Assembly (NCBI RefSeq): GCF_006345805.1 | Contig: NC_043003.1 | Span: forward strand, 88,722,001-88,786,000 | Length of the DNA stretch: 64,000 bases | From: Octopus sinensis | Taxonomy: Eukaryota | Reading direction: 5' to 3' | Shown here: piece by piece, positions 23,001-35,800 of the stretch | How positions within the stretch are numbered: position 1 is the stretch's first letter | Layout: each line of letters starts with the position of its first letter | The notes under the pieces: model-generated | What the model was told of the DNA's origin: nothing | Database searches by the model: none | What the model saw: the letters and a program-made list of their open reading frames with translations, nothing else | Translations under genes and position numbers: made by a program

Positions 23001-26000
23001 AGGTCATTAATGGGCAATATTTTGATTTGCTTTTATCGTTTCATTTTTGTCCAATGCTTCACACATGTATAGAATTCTACTCTGACAAACATTTATGAAA
23101 ATGTACACATAAATAATGTATCTAAATAAGCCAAAGCCAAAAAAATTTCATTTCTCTATACATTATGAGAAAATAATCACTCACTCACTCTCTCACATGC
23201 ACACATACATACAAAAAAGATGTATGCATGTGTTTATGTACATGTATATGACAGATAATGTGTGTGTATGTGTGTGTGTGAGAAAAAGAGAGAGCAAGTG
23301 AGTGCCACTAACACATACATACAAATATTTACTATGTCCTTAACATTGGAAACAGTGATGTTACTTAATCATGTTCATAATTTTTATAAGAAAAATACAA
23401 CAGAGACAGAAAGCAATTCTTTACTTACTTAAATGTGACCAATCTCTCAGAAATAAGTTGTGAAGAACTTGTCACCTCAGTAGAAGAAACTTCTTCATTA
23501 GCTACAATATGTCCACCTCGTAATTCTTCAACTTCACGCAGCAAAAACTGAACCTATTTTACAATACAGGATAAAAGGAAAAAGAAGAAAAAAATTCAAA
23601 ATACCTTTCTCTCTTCAAACTTATAGAAAAGGGCAAAGCTGTTTCAACAGAGTGGGTTAACCTCCTGCTAACCCTTTTGATGTCATAGAGGTTTCTATCA
23701 CAAAACTAGAGCCAGTTTCTATGTTATGTTCCAAACCTCAGTTTGAGACTTACAGGTATGTTGTATTTCATTGGAAATATTTTAACAAAAGACTAACTGA
23801 AAGAATATTTCATCCCTTGCTCAATATAAAGTTAGGCTTTAAAATGATGAGAGAAAAAATTGTTTGGCTAAACACCTAAGATTATTTAAAAACATTCAAG
23901 TTGATAGTTGAGACAGTTATAGATATGCTTTAAAGTGACTGAGTTTCCTCAGTGAAAATATAGCCTCGAGTTTAGCTTATTAAAATAGACAAAAGTGCAA
24001 GGAGATTTAATGTATAAAACATTTAAAAAGGCTCATCTAAGATTAAATAAGTATTGAGTCATACTTGATTTATGTATTTTTACCATATCTTAATTGGTGT
24101 AATCCTGAAACATCTTTGGATGACTATAAATGTGTGTGTGCACAAGTGCAATGGAATGTACATCCGTTTTTGTCAAGGGTGAGAGGGGCATAATGTATTC
24201 TTTAAATGAATTATTTTCACAGATGTACTTTTATGAATCAGGAGTCAAATAATTTTCATTATTATGTCAAAATGCATTCATGTGCTCAATAGTCCAACAC
24301 TTGAACTGAAACCGGCACACACATACATATATTCACTGACATGTCCATATCTCTCTCTCTCTTTCTATACATTCATTATATTCTGCAGAATAGAATTCAC
24401 AAGAAAACAATTTTTTTTAAATCAAAGAACAAAAAACAAACTAGAGTAAATAACAATTCAACTAATGAGATTGGTTCTGAGTATTACCAACATCTTGTTT
24501 TGGTTGTAATACCTGCAGTATGGTACATAGATACTCCTTTTCATCTTGTGAGATCTCACCTTCTTATTTCTCTCTCTTCCATTGTCAATACACAAAATAT
24601 TCTCACCCAACACTCAATATCCATCCACATTATATGCCCATACTACAACAGTTACCTTTCCTAAACAAATCAGCTGAAAACTCAAACCAAACATCTAATT
24701 CAATGCATTTGTAGCATTGCACTTCCTCTAAGCAAATATAATCTTGTAACCTTCACAGATCTTTCACATTCACTGTTTCAATTTACTATTTTGAAGACCA
24801 AACCTGAAAGAGAAAGAAAAACTCACCTGTTGTCCCAAGTCTGTTGATTGTTGTGTCAGCCTTTTTATTTCTCTTTGAGAATATGTCATACGTCTACGCG
24901 TTTCCTCAGTCTCACTACGAAGCTTTTGTCCTTCCTTGAAAATGGAAAATGAAAATGTAAATTTCATCCATAAACTATTTTCTACCTTTACCAAGGACTG
25001 CCATTCTTATAATTCTCACCGCAGAAAAATAACAGTTATCAGTAAATCAAAACAAGTATTTGCAAAAGTAGATGCTACAGTACATAAATATACAGGGTGC
25101 ATAAGATATTTGAGGACAGATTTATGTTTATAAAAAAAAACAGTTATATAATAAGATAACTTTATTTATCAAAAAATGCTATTAGAATAAAAATAAACCT
25201 TTTCTATAATGTTTTTCAATAAAGCCACCTTCAGCTTCAACAATTGCTTCTATATGAGATCTAAATCCTCTACATGCTCGAATGGTCCTGATTCATTTTG
25301 GACATTACTCTGGCTATGGCAGCTTTGAAAGAATCTTTGGGGTTATGGGCATGTTCAGTGACCTCTCTCTGAACAACGCTCCACATGTAGTAGTCTAATG
25401 GATTGAGATCTGGGGAATTAGGAGGCCAAATGTTAGGGGTTATGTGATTATGAAAATTTTCAGCTCTCCATTCCTGTGTTACTACAGTGATGTGTGATAG
25501 TGCAGAGTCTTACTGAAACACATATGGCCTTCTATTACATACACTGTCTATTCAGGGCTTAATAATTATCTCCAGAACCTCAATGTAGGCAGCAGAGTTA
25601 ACTCTAAGGCCTAGTGGAAAGAAAAGGCATCACATGTCCTTCATTGTTGACAACCCCTAAAACTATGACAGTTGCAGGAAATTTTGTAAGCATAACACTT
25701 GGAACTTCAGAAGGGTCTGCACATAACCATCTGTCATTTCTTTTGTTAACTTTCTCATCGTGGTTGAAGTTTTTCCCGTTTGAGAAAAATCAAATCAAAT
25801 CTTCTTCTGCTGGATTTTTCAATTTGCTTAAGAGCCTTTTAGATCTGACGTAGTGATTTTCTTTTGCTTTTTCTGACAAATTGACCTTTCCTCATCATGA
25901 GACTTATATCTGATGTCTTCATAGACAACATTTGTGACTGTTCCTTCTGACACATGGAGATCTTTTGCAATTGACCTCATGGACTTTCTGGGAATGTAAT

Positions 26001-29000
26001 CAATGGTTTGTTGAACTTGCTGGATAAACTCGGGTGTTCTGATAATACGTTTCCATCTTCTGTCTCTAGCTCCTTACAAACTTTATACACTAAAGATTTG
26101 GCAACTTTCCAGAATAGAGATATTTCTAAATCGTTATGCTCAGCCCTTATGACCACAATAACAGCATGCCTCTTCATTTTTTGAGTAAGCTGAGGGTCTG
26201 CCATTATTATTTTCTGAAACAAAGATTATACAGAGTTAGCAAAAAATGCAGCAATAACCCAAAAAAGGTATGTCACAAATACCTCATGCACTCTGTATAA
26301 AATAAGTAATTTTTCATCCAAAGATTGAGGGTTACTTATTTGTTCTCCTATACAATGTATTTTAGTCATCATACCTCATCACTGTCATTATTCAATGTCC
26401 ACTTTTCCATACTAACATGAGACTGCGCAATTTATCGGGGTAGATTTCTCATGGTCAGGTGCTCCTCCTTATACTAAGCTTCACCTGTTTCCAACCAGCG
26501 TAATATTTCCGTGGCCTGATGTTTTTCACAAGACTGGAAACAATATCACTTTATGATAGTGATGCTCGTTTACAACATCAAGTCATGTCAAGAGAATGGT
26601 GCACACAAACATACACACATGTCAGTTTAAGGGGATCCAGTAAATTGTGAATAGCTTGTATATATAGCATATATAAGGCCTGTACAGAAAACTTAAAAGA
26701 AAACATAATCCATTCATCTTCTCCTCCTACTGTTCCTGGGAAGGTTGTGTCCTCAGGCACATCATCCATAGGGTCCTATCAGAAGCAACTGGCATTGCAG
26801 TTTCTAACTGGATTCCCAAGTGTGACTAACACAGACCATGGAGATAATCCAAGCAACTCATTTTTGATCCATCCCTAGGTTTCCTGCTGGTTAGCTCAGC
26901 TTGAAGAATCTGTCAGGCACTTCTTACCTCCAACATTCTGATCATGCCTGTAGTACCGGAGCTATGACCTCTCAAATGCAGAGAAGTAGTAGCTCAACCT
27001 GGAGAAACTTCCTGATCTCCAAGCTATACACTCTATCAAGTAATGTTACTGCAGAGATCATTGAGCAGAAACCTATTTCAATCACTCGTATTCAGAACTG
27101 TACTCTTTCAGTGATGACCCAACATTCATAATGATAGATGAGGATAGGCATGAAAACCAAATTGAAGAGAGTTAGTTCATTTCTTTTGCCAACCTCTCCT
27201 CTTCTGAGGATCAAATGCTGTAACTGGTGCATTACTGTGCCAGCGCCTGCAATTCTAGCATCCAATTCAGCCTCCCGCCTTCTGTCATTCAGGAATATAG
27301 TCCCAAGATATTTAAAATTCTCCTTAACAGTTGTTCTCTCTGAACTTGTATCAGGGTCCTTTGTGTTCCATCCCACACCTTCAAGAAGTTGCAAGCTTAT
27401 TGCTGGTTGTACCAGTATTTGGTGGAGACTGCAATATATTTATTGAACGAACCCCTTTGAATATGTCTGTCCCTTGTTAACCTGTGTGACGACAATGTGG
27501 TATGGTTCTTTTGAACCCCTTTCAATAATTCCTCCAAACAGCAATATAAAAGGGTTTCAAACATATTTATAACTTACAAACTCTTACAACATATTTATAA
27601 TTTACAAACTCCAGTTATTGCAATATTATCATCACTAACAACTTACCAACATAGCAGTATCCAATTTGTGTGTAAGCTGTGTTATGGTATGTAAGGCTTG
27701 CTCATAATCTTCTCGCTGCTGCCTTAAGATAGGGGCTTTTTCTTCAATTTCTTGCATAATCTGATCCAAGTAACTCTTCAACCTTTTGTTTTCTTCCTTC
27801 TCTAGCTGTAGTTCTTCAATGGCTTGAACATATTCACTGTAGATCTAACAATGGAATGCAAAAGAAAATATAGTGAAAACTGGTCACAACAATCAATTGT
27901 CCAAAACAAAATAGGTACACACAACCTTAAGGGGAAGGGTGCATGCATGCATGTGTTTGAGTCTATGTTTGTATTGCAGTGGTATCAAACTTGGAACTAT
28001 GCGGTCATAGAGAAAACTTCTTCACCACACAGCCATGAGTATGTTCCAGATTTAAAAAAATTTTTTTTTTTTTAAATCATGAAAATAATTAACAAATTTG
28101 TTCAAAACTTATTCGTGCAGTAATGATGAGAAACTCTTTTTTCAATTTTGGATGACTTCTCATTCGATAAGGAGTAAAGATTTTTTTTCTTTTTGGTAAA
28201 CATTGTAAATGTCCTTACTATTCCTATTTTTATTTTGTTTTGTTTTTTGGGGAAGTGAAAATATTTGCACACAAATTATATTAAAATATTGCTTGAACCA
28301 TGTTAATAATGATAACCACCACTTAGTATTCTTCAGTATTCAATTCATAATCATCATTATCACTGCTGTTATAATCCACTCAAGTTAAACCTGGCATGAA
28401 CAAAAACAAAATAAAAAACAGCAGAAAGAAGAGAGATGGAAGTTACCTGTGTCAGTGTCATACCAGACTTGAGTAGTTTACTCGTTGCTGCAGCTGTAGG
28501 CGAAACTGATGCTATACTTTCAGCAGACATTTCTGTACCACACACTAGAGATAAATAAACAACAGTAATAAAAATAATGATTTCTCCTGTCTGCCACCAG
28601 AGTGACAGGTGAAGGAGACAATACAAAAGCAAACATAGGAATGATATGAAGAAAAAATTAAAATAGAACTGTACATGGTATACAATATCAACAAAAGAAA
28701 AGTATATATAATACATCAGTAAAAAAGAAAAAGAAAAATGACAATGATGCAACCTTTTTGACACAGGAGAGCTTCTATCATCAATCAAAGAAATCCCCCA
28801 TCCAAGGTCTTAAACAAAAAGGAGGAGTGCTCTCTCCAATTTTGTTCTCTGACTCAGAGTCTACACTTATAGACTTACCACTTTCATCCACACACACAAA
28901 CATATATATATATAGTCCACAGATGAGATCCAAATATCTCCATATAGAAGACAGCAGTACTCAAAAGATTCAAACTTAGAGTCCAATGTCTTTACAGGGA

Positions 29001-32000
29001 ATCGTATGTATGAGGTCTGATCAATAACTATCCAGACTATAGTAGGGTCTAAGCTGCTTTTCCAGATAAGCCATCTCTCAATGTCGCATAGACCGCACTT
29101 TCCGCTGCCATTGGTGTAGGGATTACATTTGGCCAAAATCTTCCAATGGATGTTGTAATTGACACATTTATCTTTTAATGACCAAATATGATTGGATAAT
29201 TTTGTCGCTTTTCTTTTGTTCCAGTGCCTAAAACATGTCTAAACTCAAGGACAGAACTTTTCGGATCATGCCCACACGTGACAAAATTTTTGTTACGTTT
29301 TTAATCCCCACAAGAATACAGATAGAACTTGCTTTCTATATTATGTCAAAAAAAGTTTTTTTTATCTCATTGTACCTTTTATTTTTTCATATATTTTTAT
29401 ATTTTTACACATAATAATTTATTCTGTACTTTTCTATCCTGCATTTTTTTCCTGTGCCTATATAGACGTGTATATAGAATCATTTGTACACGTGTGTGAA
29501 TATGTATGAGTGGGCGGGTGTGTATGTATATAGATGTGTGCGGGCATAAGAATACATGTATATATAAACGTTTTTACTTAGTATTTTTACAATTTTTCCG
29601 GGTTTTTTTGGGCGTATGTATAATTTTATTTTTGTGTATGCGTGTGTGTATGCGTATATAAACATGTGCGGGTATGTACATATATGGGCATGTGTGTATG
29701 CGTGCATAAAGGCATGTCCGTATATGAACGTGGTTTTACACTTTGTATACTACCTTACGTTTTTTCAGTATTGTTGTTTTTTTTCTGTATTGTTACCTTT
29801 AACCAAGTTTTTTCTTGTGCTTGTGCATATATAGACGTATGTATGAACCTTTAGGGTGTGTGTGTATGAGTTTGTATATATATGCATATACATTTGGCGA
29901 AAAATGCGAGTGAAGATGTGTACGTTTTCATAGTGACGTATACGTATGCACGTGGGTCCGCGAGCGCAAATGTGAGTATGAGTAGCAATGCTTACGTGTT
30001 TACTTACGTGTTTAACCTTAATTTATATAAGTGGCGGAATTATAACACAGTAATTTCCCTTTGAATAACAGTATTTTTTCAGAGCGTTTTTCAGATGGCC
30101 AGATAACTGAAGAGATGGTGTTGTGGATTTCCAATTTGGCATCCGAAACTCAGAGTTTTATCTTGGCTATTAAATAATGGTAACATATTAATTTACAGAT
30201 AAATTTCCTCTATTTACATAATATTGAGGTCTCTTTCTTTCTTTTGTTATCTTACCGTTTTTACCAACATATATATATATATATAGATATACATATATAG
30301 AATGGTTGTATACTGTCAATCTAACATGAACGTGACAGTAGGGGGGTTACACCACCGCTTCCTGATGGCTTCGACACATTATTCCTGCGTCATATACATT
30401 TACGAAGGGGAGACAAACACTCCCAGCAGCCAGGCCTGCATCTAGAGACACGCATGTTTCAGGATCATTGTCCTTCATCGGTCTCGAGTAGCAGACGCCC
30501 GTCAGCCGTGGATATCTGTTCCGATTCGCAAATGTATATATCTAATTTTCAGTGAAGTTTATTCACTGATTACCAAAATCAGAAATATTAAATTTCTAAA
30601 TATCTCATAGAGATATGTACGGTGGTGGGGCAATAGAATGGTTGTATACTGTCAATCTAACACGAATGTGACAGTAGGGGGGTACACCACCGCTGTTTAG
30701 CCCTAGGAAGCATCAACGCTTCCTGATGGCTTCGACACATTATTCCTGTGTCCTTATATACATTTACGATGCTTCCTAGGGCTAAACAGCGGTGGTGTAA
30801 TCCCCTACTGTCACGTTCACGTTAGATTGACAGTATACCACCATTCTATCGCCCCACCACCGTACATATCTCTATGAGAGATTTAGAAATTTTGGGGCTC
30901 TGGCTTTGTCCTTCATGATATATGTTCTGCAAGGCATCTTCTTCCCAAACAAGCCTGCCTCATCCATACCGAAAACCTGTTTTGCCTTGTATCCCTTGTC
31001 CTCAATGATCTACCTGAATGTCCCAGGGTACTTCTCAGCAGCTTTTTTGTTGGCTGATGCTGTTTTTCAATGAAAGGAAACACTTTATTTTAAACCGTTT
31101 CTGGAAACAGCCAAACCATCCCTTGCTGGTTTGAAAACCTTTGAGCTCCAATCTGCCAATGATCTTGGTTGTGGTTCTTCAGTGCTTTCTGCTCTGTCTC
31201 GTCTGTTGAATTGCTGCTATAATTTCCACACTTTCTCGCGGATGATGTTACTGCTCAAGAGGATGTTTTTCTTCTTGCAGTCATTGATCCACAATCCCAA
31301 GGCAGATTCCATCCTGAGGAAGTGATAATTTCTTACATCATTATCTTTTTGGCACTTTCACATAAACTTACTGCTAATGTATCCTGATTGCCACCTCGTT
31401 CTTTTTTATGTAGTGTATGATGCTTTCTTTGACAACATAATAGCAACCTACTGCAACATAATTTTTACCTTCCTGGAACATATCCAGCAGTTGTGCCTTC
31501 ACATAGAGCGTCATAACCTTTTTCTGGCACTTAGATTCACTGCCAGAAGCCTTAGAAGGTGTAGGGCATTTGGGCGGCATCTTAGGGCTTTAATAACAGA
31601 CTGTGACAAACACAGCACTCAACAAAATACTGGAGACAGCTACTTGTTGTAGTTTTTCCCCCCCAAAAAAAAACCTCCAAAAAATCTTCATTCCCTTTAA
31701 TACTACAAATGGGAGATTGTGCAGAGATTAAAAATAATCATGGTTTTGAAAAACTTAGTTTGTATTACCACTAGATAGTCATCTATAGAGAGAGAGGGGG
31801 AAGGACCAGCAAGTAACCTAATTTGAATGAGGCTATACTGGCTCACAACCTTAAAAATTATTCTGTTGAAATAAATAATGTGCATGATCAAATGTAGTGA
31901 CAATTTTAAAAAAAAGGGCTAGTAGTTGCTATACAAATTAGCAAGCTTTGATTGAAAGCAGGAATAAAAGATACAAGATACAATGTAGTTGTGTCTAAAA

Positions 32001-32798
32001 AAAAAATCAAGCGATGTGATGCATGGTTAATCTAGTCAGAGGGACCTTCAGCTGCGATGGGGCGGCCAGTAAACTGGCAAATACAGTATATTATTATTTA
32101 GTTTAACTTTAAAAAGTGTGCAAAAGTATATATTGCCATGAAAAAATCGTGGACAACATTTATGATTACACAAATAGGTGATGCTTTCCATGAATAATTG
32201 TTAGTTCAGTGAATAAGCAAGAGCGCACTATATATATCATCATCATCATCGTTTAGCGTCCGCTTTCCATGCTAGCATGGGTTGGACGGGTCAACTGGGG
32301 TCTGTGAAGCTGGAAGGCTTCGTCAGGCCCAGTCAGATCTGGCAGTGTTTCTACGGCTGGATGCCCTTCCTAACGCCAACCACTCCGCGAGTGTAGTGGG
32401 TGTTTTTTACGTGCCACCTGCACAGGTGCCAGACAGAGCTGGCGAACGGCCACGAACGGATGGTGCTTTTACGTGTCACCGGCATGGGGCCAGACGATGC
32501 TGGCAACGGACACGAACGGATGGTGCTTTTACGAGCCACCGACACGGTTGCCAGACAGAGCTGGCAAACGGCCACGAACGGACGGTGCTTTTACGTGTCA
32601 CCGGCACGGGGGCCAGCCTCGGCTGGCAACGGACGCTAACGGATGGTGCTTTTACGTGCCACCAACACGGTTGCCAGACAGAGCTGGCAAACGGCCACGA
32701 GCAGACGGTGCTTTTACGTGTCACCGGCACGGGGGCTAGCCGATGCTGGCAACAGACACGAACGGATGGTGCTTTTACGTGCCACCGACACGGGGCCA

Positions 32799-32867
<69 letters not shown>

Positions 32868-35800
32868 TATATACATCTGATGCCTCTTATGCCCAACTTT
32901 TCTCTTAAGACGCTTACACTCTGTCATACATGCACACTGACATTGCACACCCAGTGAAGTATACTAACTTCATTTCTTTCAAGCCCACGCATGTCCTTGG
33001 CAGTCATAGCCCATGTTTTCACTGCCATGTAGCTTAGCTGTTCACACACAGGCATCATACAGTCTGCCTTTCACTCTGAAAGAGAGGCCCTTTGTTTCCA
33101 ACAGAGGCAGGAGCTCTCTGAATTTTGTCCAGCCTCTTATTCTAGCAGCTATAACTCGGAGTATCCACCTCTACTACTGACTTGGTCACCTAGATAACAG
33201 AAGCTATCAACTACTTCTAGCTTTCCTCCCTGGCATTTGATGGATTCTGTTTTCTGTACGTTTTTAGTGTTAATTGTACCTGTGCACTTTTCACACACAA
33301 AAAAAAACTAGTTTCCCTGTTAACCTTCCTGATATTGCTGCACCTCTTATGTGTCATTAACTTACACCGAGTACAGCTTATGGAGATTCAACCTACGCCT
33401 TTTCTGCAGATCAAGCAGGGTCATCTACCTAAAGCGATTTGTAATTTGTCTCCTTTCTTACTTACTAAGACTTTGGTTTTTGTTAAATCAACTCTGATTC
33501 TAGACCTTGCTTTCACATCCAAAATTTTGTGTCTAGGGTTCCCAGGAGCAGCACATCTTAAATTTCTCTGGTGGATTATGTTGAACAAGAGGGACTAAGA
33601 ACTGAGCCTCAGTGAACCCCTACTTGTACCCTGAATTCATTGCCATATTCACCTTACACACACATAAATATATACATATTCTTTTATATGTTTCAGTCTG
33701 AAGGTTGTGGCCATGCAGGAGCATTGCCAATATAATCACCTTTTCAATAGCCTTGCTTACACGATTGGGTTTTGCTAGGAGTTTGACATAGCTGCTCTCT
33801 TTTGAGTTTCTTGCTGTGATGTAGAGTCATCTGGAACCTTGAACAGCAGGCAATCGTTTCTTGAAAATATCTACCACTACTCCATGAAGAGCCATCAGAT
33901 GTTTTAATAAGGCATAAAATAGCAGTGGGCCCTTAAATCCTAAGCTACAGCAGTATATGGTCCCCACTCTAGACTTTGATAACTGAGACAGTGACAGTAA
34001 CATCCTGTTCAGGATTAGTTTAGATCTTGATACCAAAGTTTGGTGCCAACTCATCCATGTGTATATCACTGCACACCTCTCCCATCTTCACTCCAAGGAA
34101 TCATAGCCCTTTCAGTCACTCTCAGTAGCTCAGTTGTTCCATTGATGCAATCTTCCTGGTGTAGCACTGCTGAATTGCCTCAACTTCCATTATTAATTTG
34201 ACACTGTTGAAAGCAGTAGTCCAGACGGCTGAGGACAAATGCCCTCCATAAAACCAGCCTAGTTGCCTGGTCCCTTGTTCTGAAGGTTCTCAGAATCCAG
34301 CCATTTGCTTGTACATTGCCACCATCTTAGTGATATGCATGTGAAACAAGGCATCATTGTTCATATTACCGTATGTGATTCTGGGATTGCCAGTCCTTTT
34401 GGTTCAAAATATCGTTGTTGTGGCTTCTGAGCACCATTTAGCTGGTAGTGGAGGGCTTAGAATTTGCCTGCATTAAATTGCATACTGTTTTCCTTAGCCT
34501 ACTTATATATGACATCTAGGTCTTTCTGTAAAAAATTAGCACTGGAAAGCTCCTTGACTGCTTGTGCTACTTTTGTGTTGTCAGCATAGCTAGTAAATGT
34601 GGCTGTCTGTGTAATTGATGGCATGTCTGAAAGCCACCATAAACAGCAGTGTTCCCAAGAAAGTTCCCTGAGGCACTCCACTCTCCATTACTGTCTCCTT
34701 GGAAATAGCTCCGTTGGCTACCACTGCCTGGCTTGTTTTTTTAAGAAGTCATGTAACCACACTCCCAGTTTTCTAACTACACTGAATCTCTAATATATAA
34801 TCCCCTGATCAACCTAATCAAAGGCCTTTGCAAAGTCAAAACATATCACAACTACGTTTGAGCAATTCATTGGCTGCTTCAACACCTATTCATAATGCTG
34901 CATTTATATGTTGGGTTGCCCAGAAAGTTTGTACCTATTTTTAGTCGTTCATATTCCAACACATTAGAACACATCAAATTTACTCACACATAGAATATGC
35001 CTATATTTCCAGTTAGCACACATTTCAAACTATCTCGAAAAAGAAAGTTTAAAATTACTTATTTTATGCAAATTTTGCATCCCTATGTATGGAATTGGCT
35101 CACTGAATTTACAGTTGGTGATTGTAGCCTTAGTGATGAAGAACACTCAGGCAGACCCACCACCACTTCAAAGGACGATCAGATCAAGACACTGATTGAG
35201 CCTTTTGATAGCATCCCTAGTTCTATGAGGTAAACTTTTTGTTTTAAAGTAATCTACCTTTTACTAAAATTTCTTGTTTATTTATGTTCCAAATGCCAGA
35301 TTGATAATGATAATTATTTTACAAATTCCTTCATTATTTTAAAAATTAATCGAAACAGTGTTCAACAAAAACTTCAATAAAAATATAGAAATGAGAGATT
35401 CTAAACATTTGGTAAAGTTTTAGAAAATGGTATTTTGACAACTTACGTTTTGATTTTGAGAGAAGGTCATTAGCATTACGAAGTTCATTTTCAAGATTTT
35501 TGGTCTTTTTATCTGCAAAACAACAGATTAAAGGATACTGAAGTAAAAATGAGTAAAAGCAATTAGTCATAAAGTACAAAGAAATAATTTAAAATTCAAA
35601 ATAAGGTAGTTAATTTTGTTAGTCCAACATCTTTAGTAATATTTCTGGACTACTGATTACAACTAGGGCAGGTCACAGGTAAATACATAAATACATGTAA
35701 AAGGAAATGAAAGGAAAATGGAAGCTGAGCAGAACTTTACCTTTTTCTTCCAGTTGCTGCAAAAACTTGCTTTTTTCCATATCCTTCATCGCTTCTAGTT

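Noticed and set aside
28369-28788. Stand-alone 139-aa ORF, and similar ORFs at 24770, 35346, 35673 and 45699
   Set aside because: Each is a TPR exon with intronic read-through on both sides.
32406-32800. CRISPR-like regular repeats, also at 53593-53900
   Set aside because: The apparent spacers are related to each other, there are no cas genes, and the arrays lie inside a eukaryotic LINE 3' UTR.
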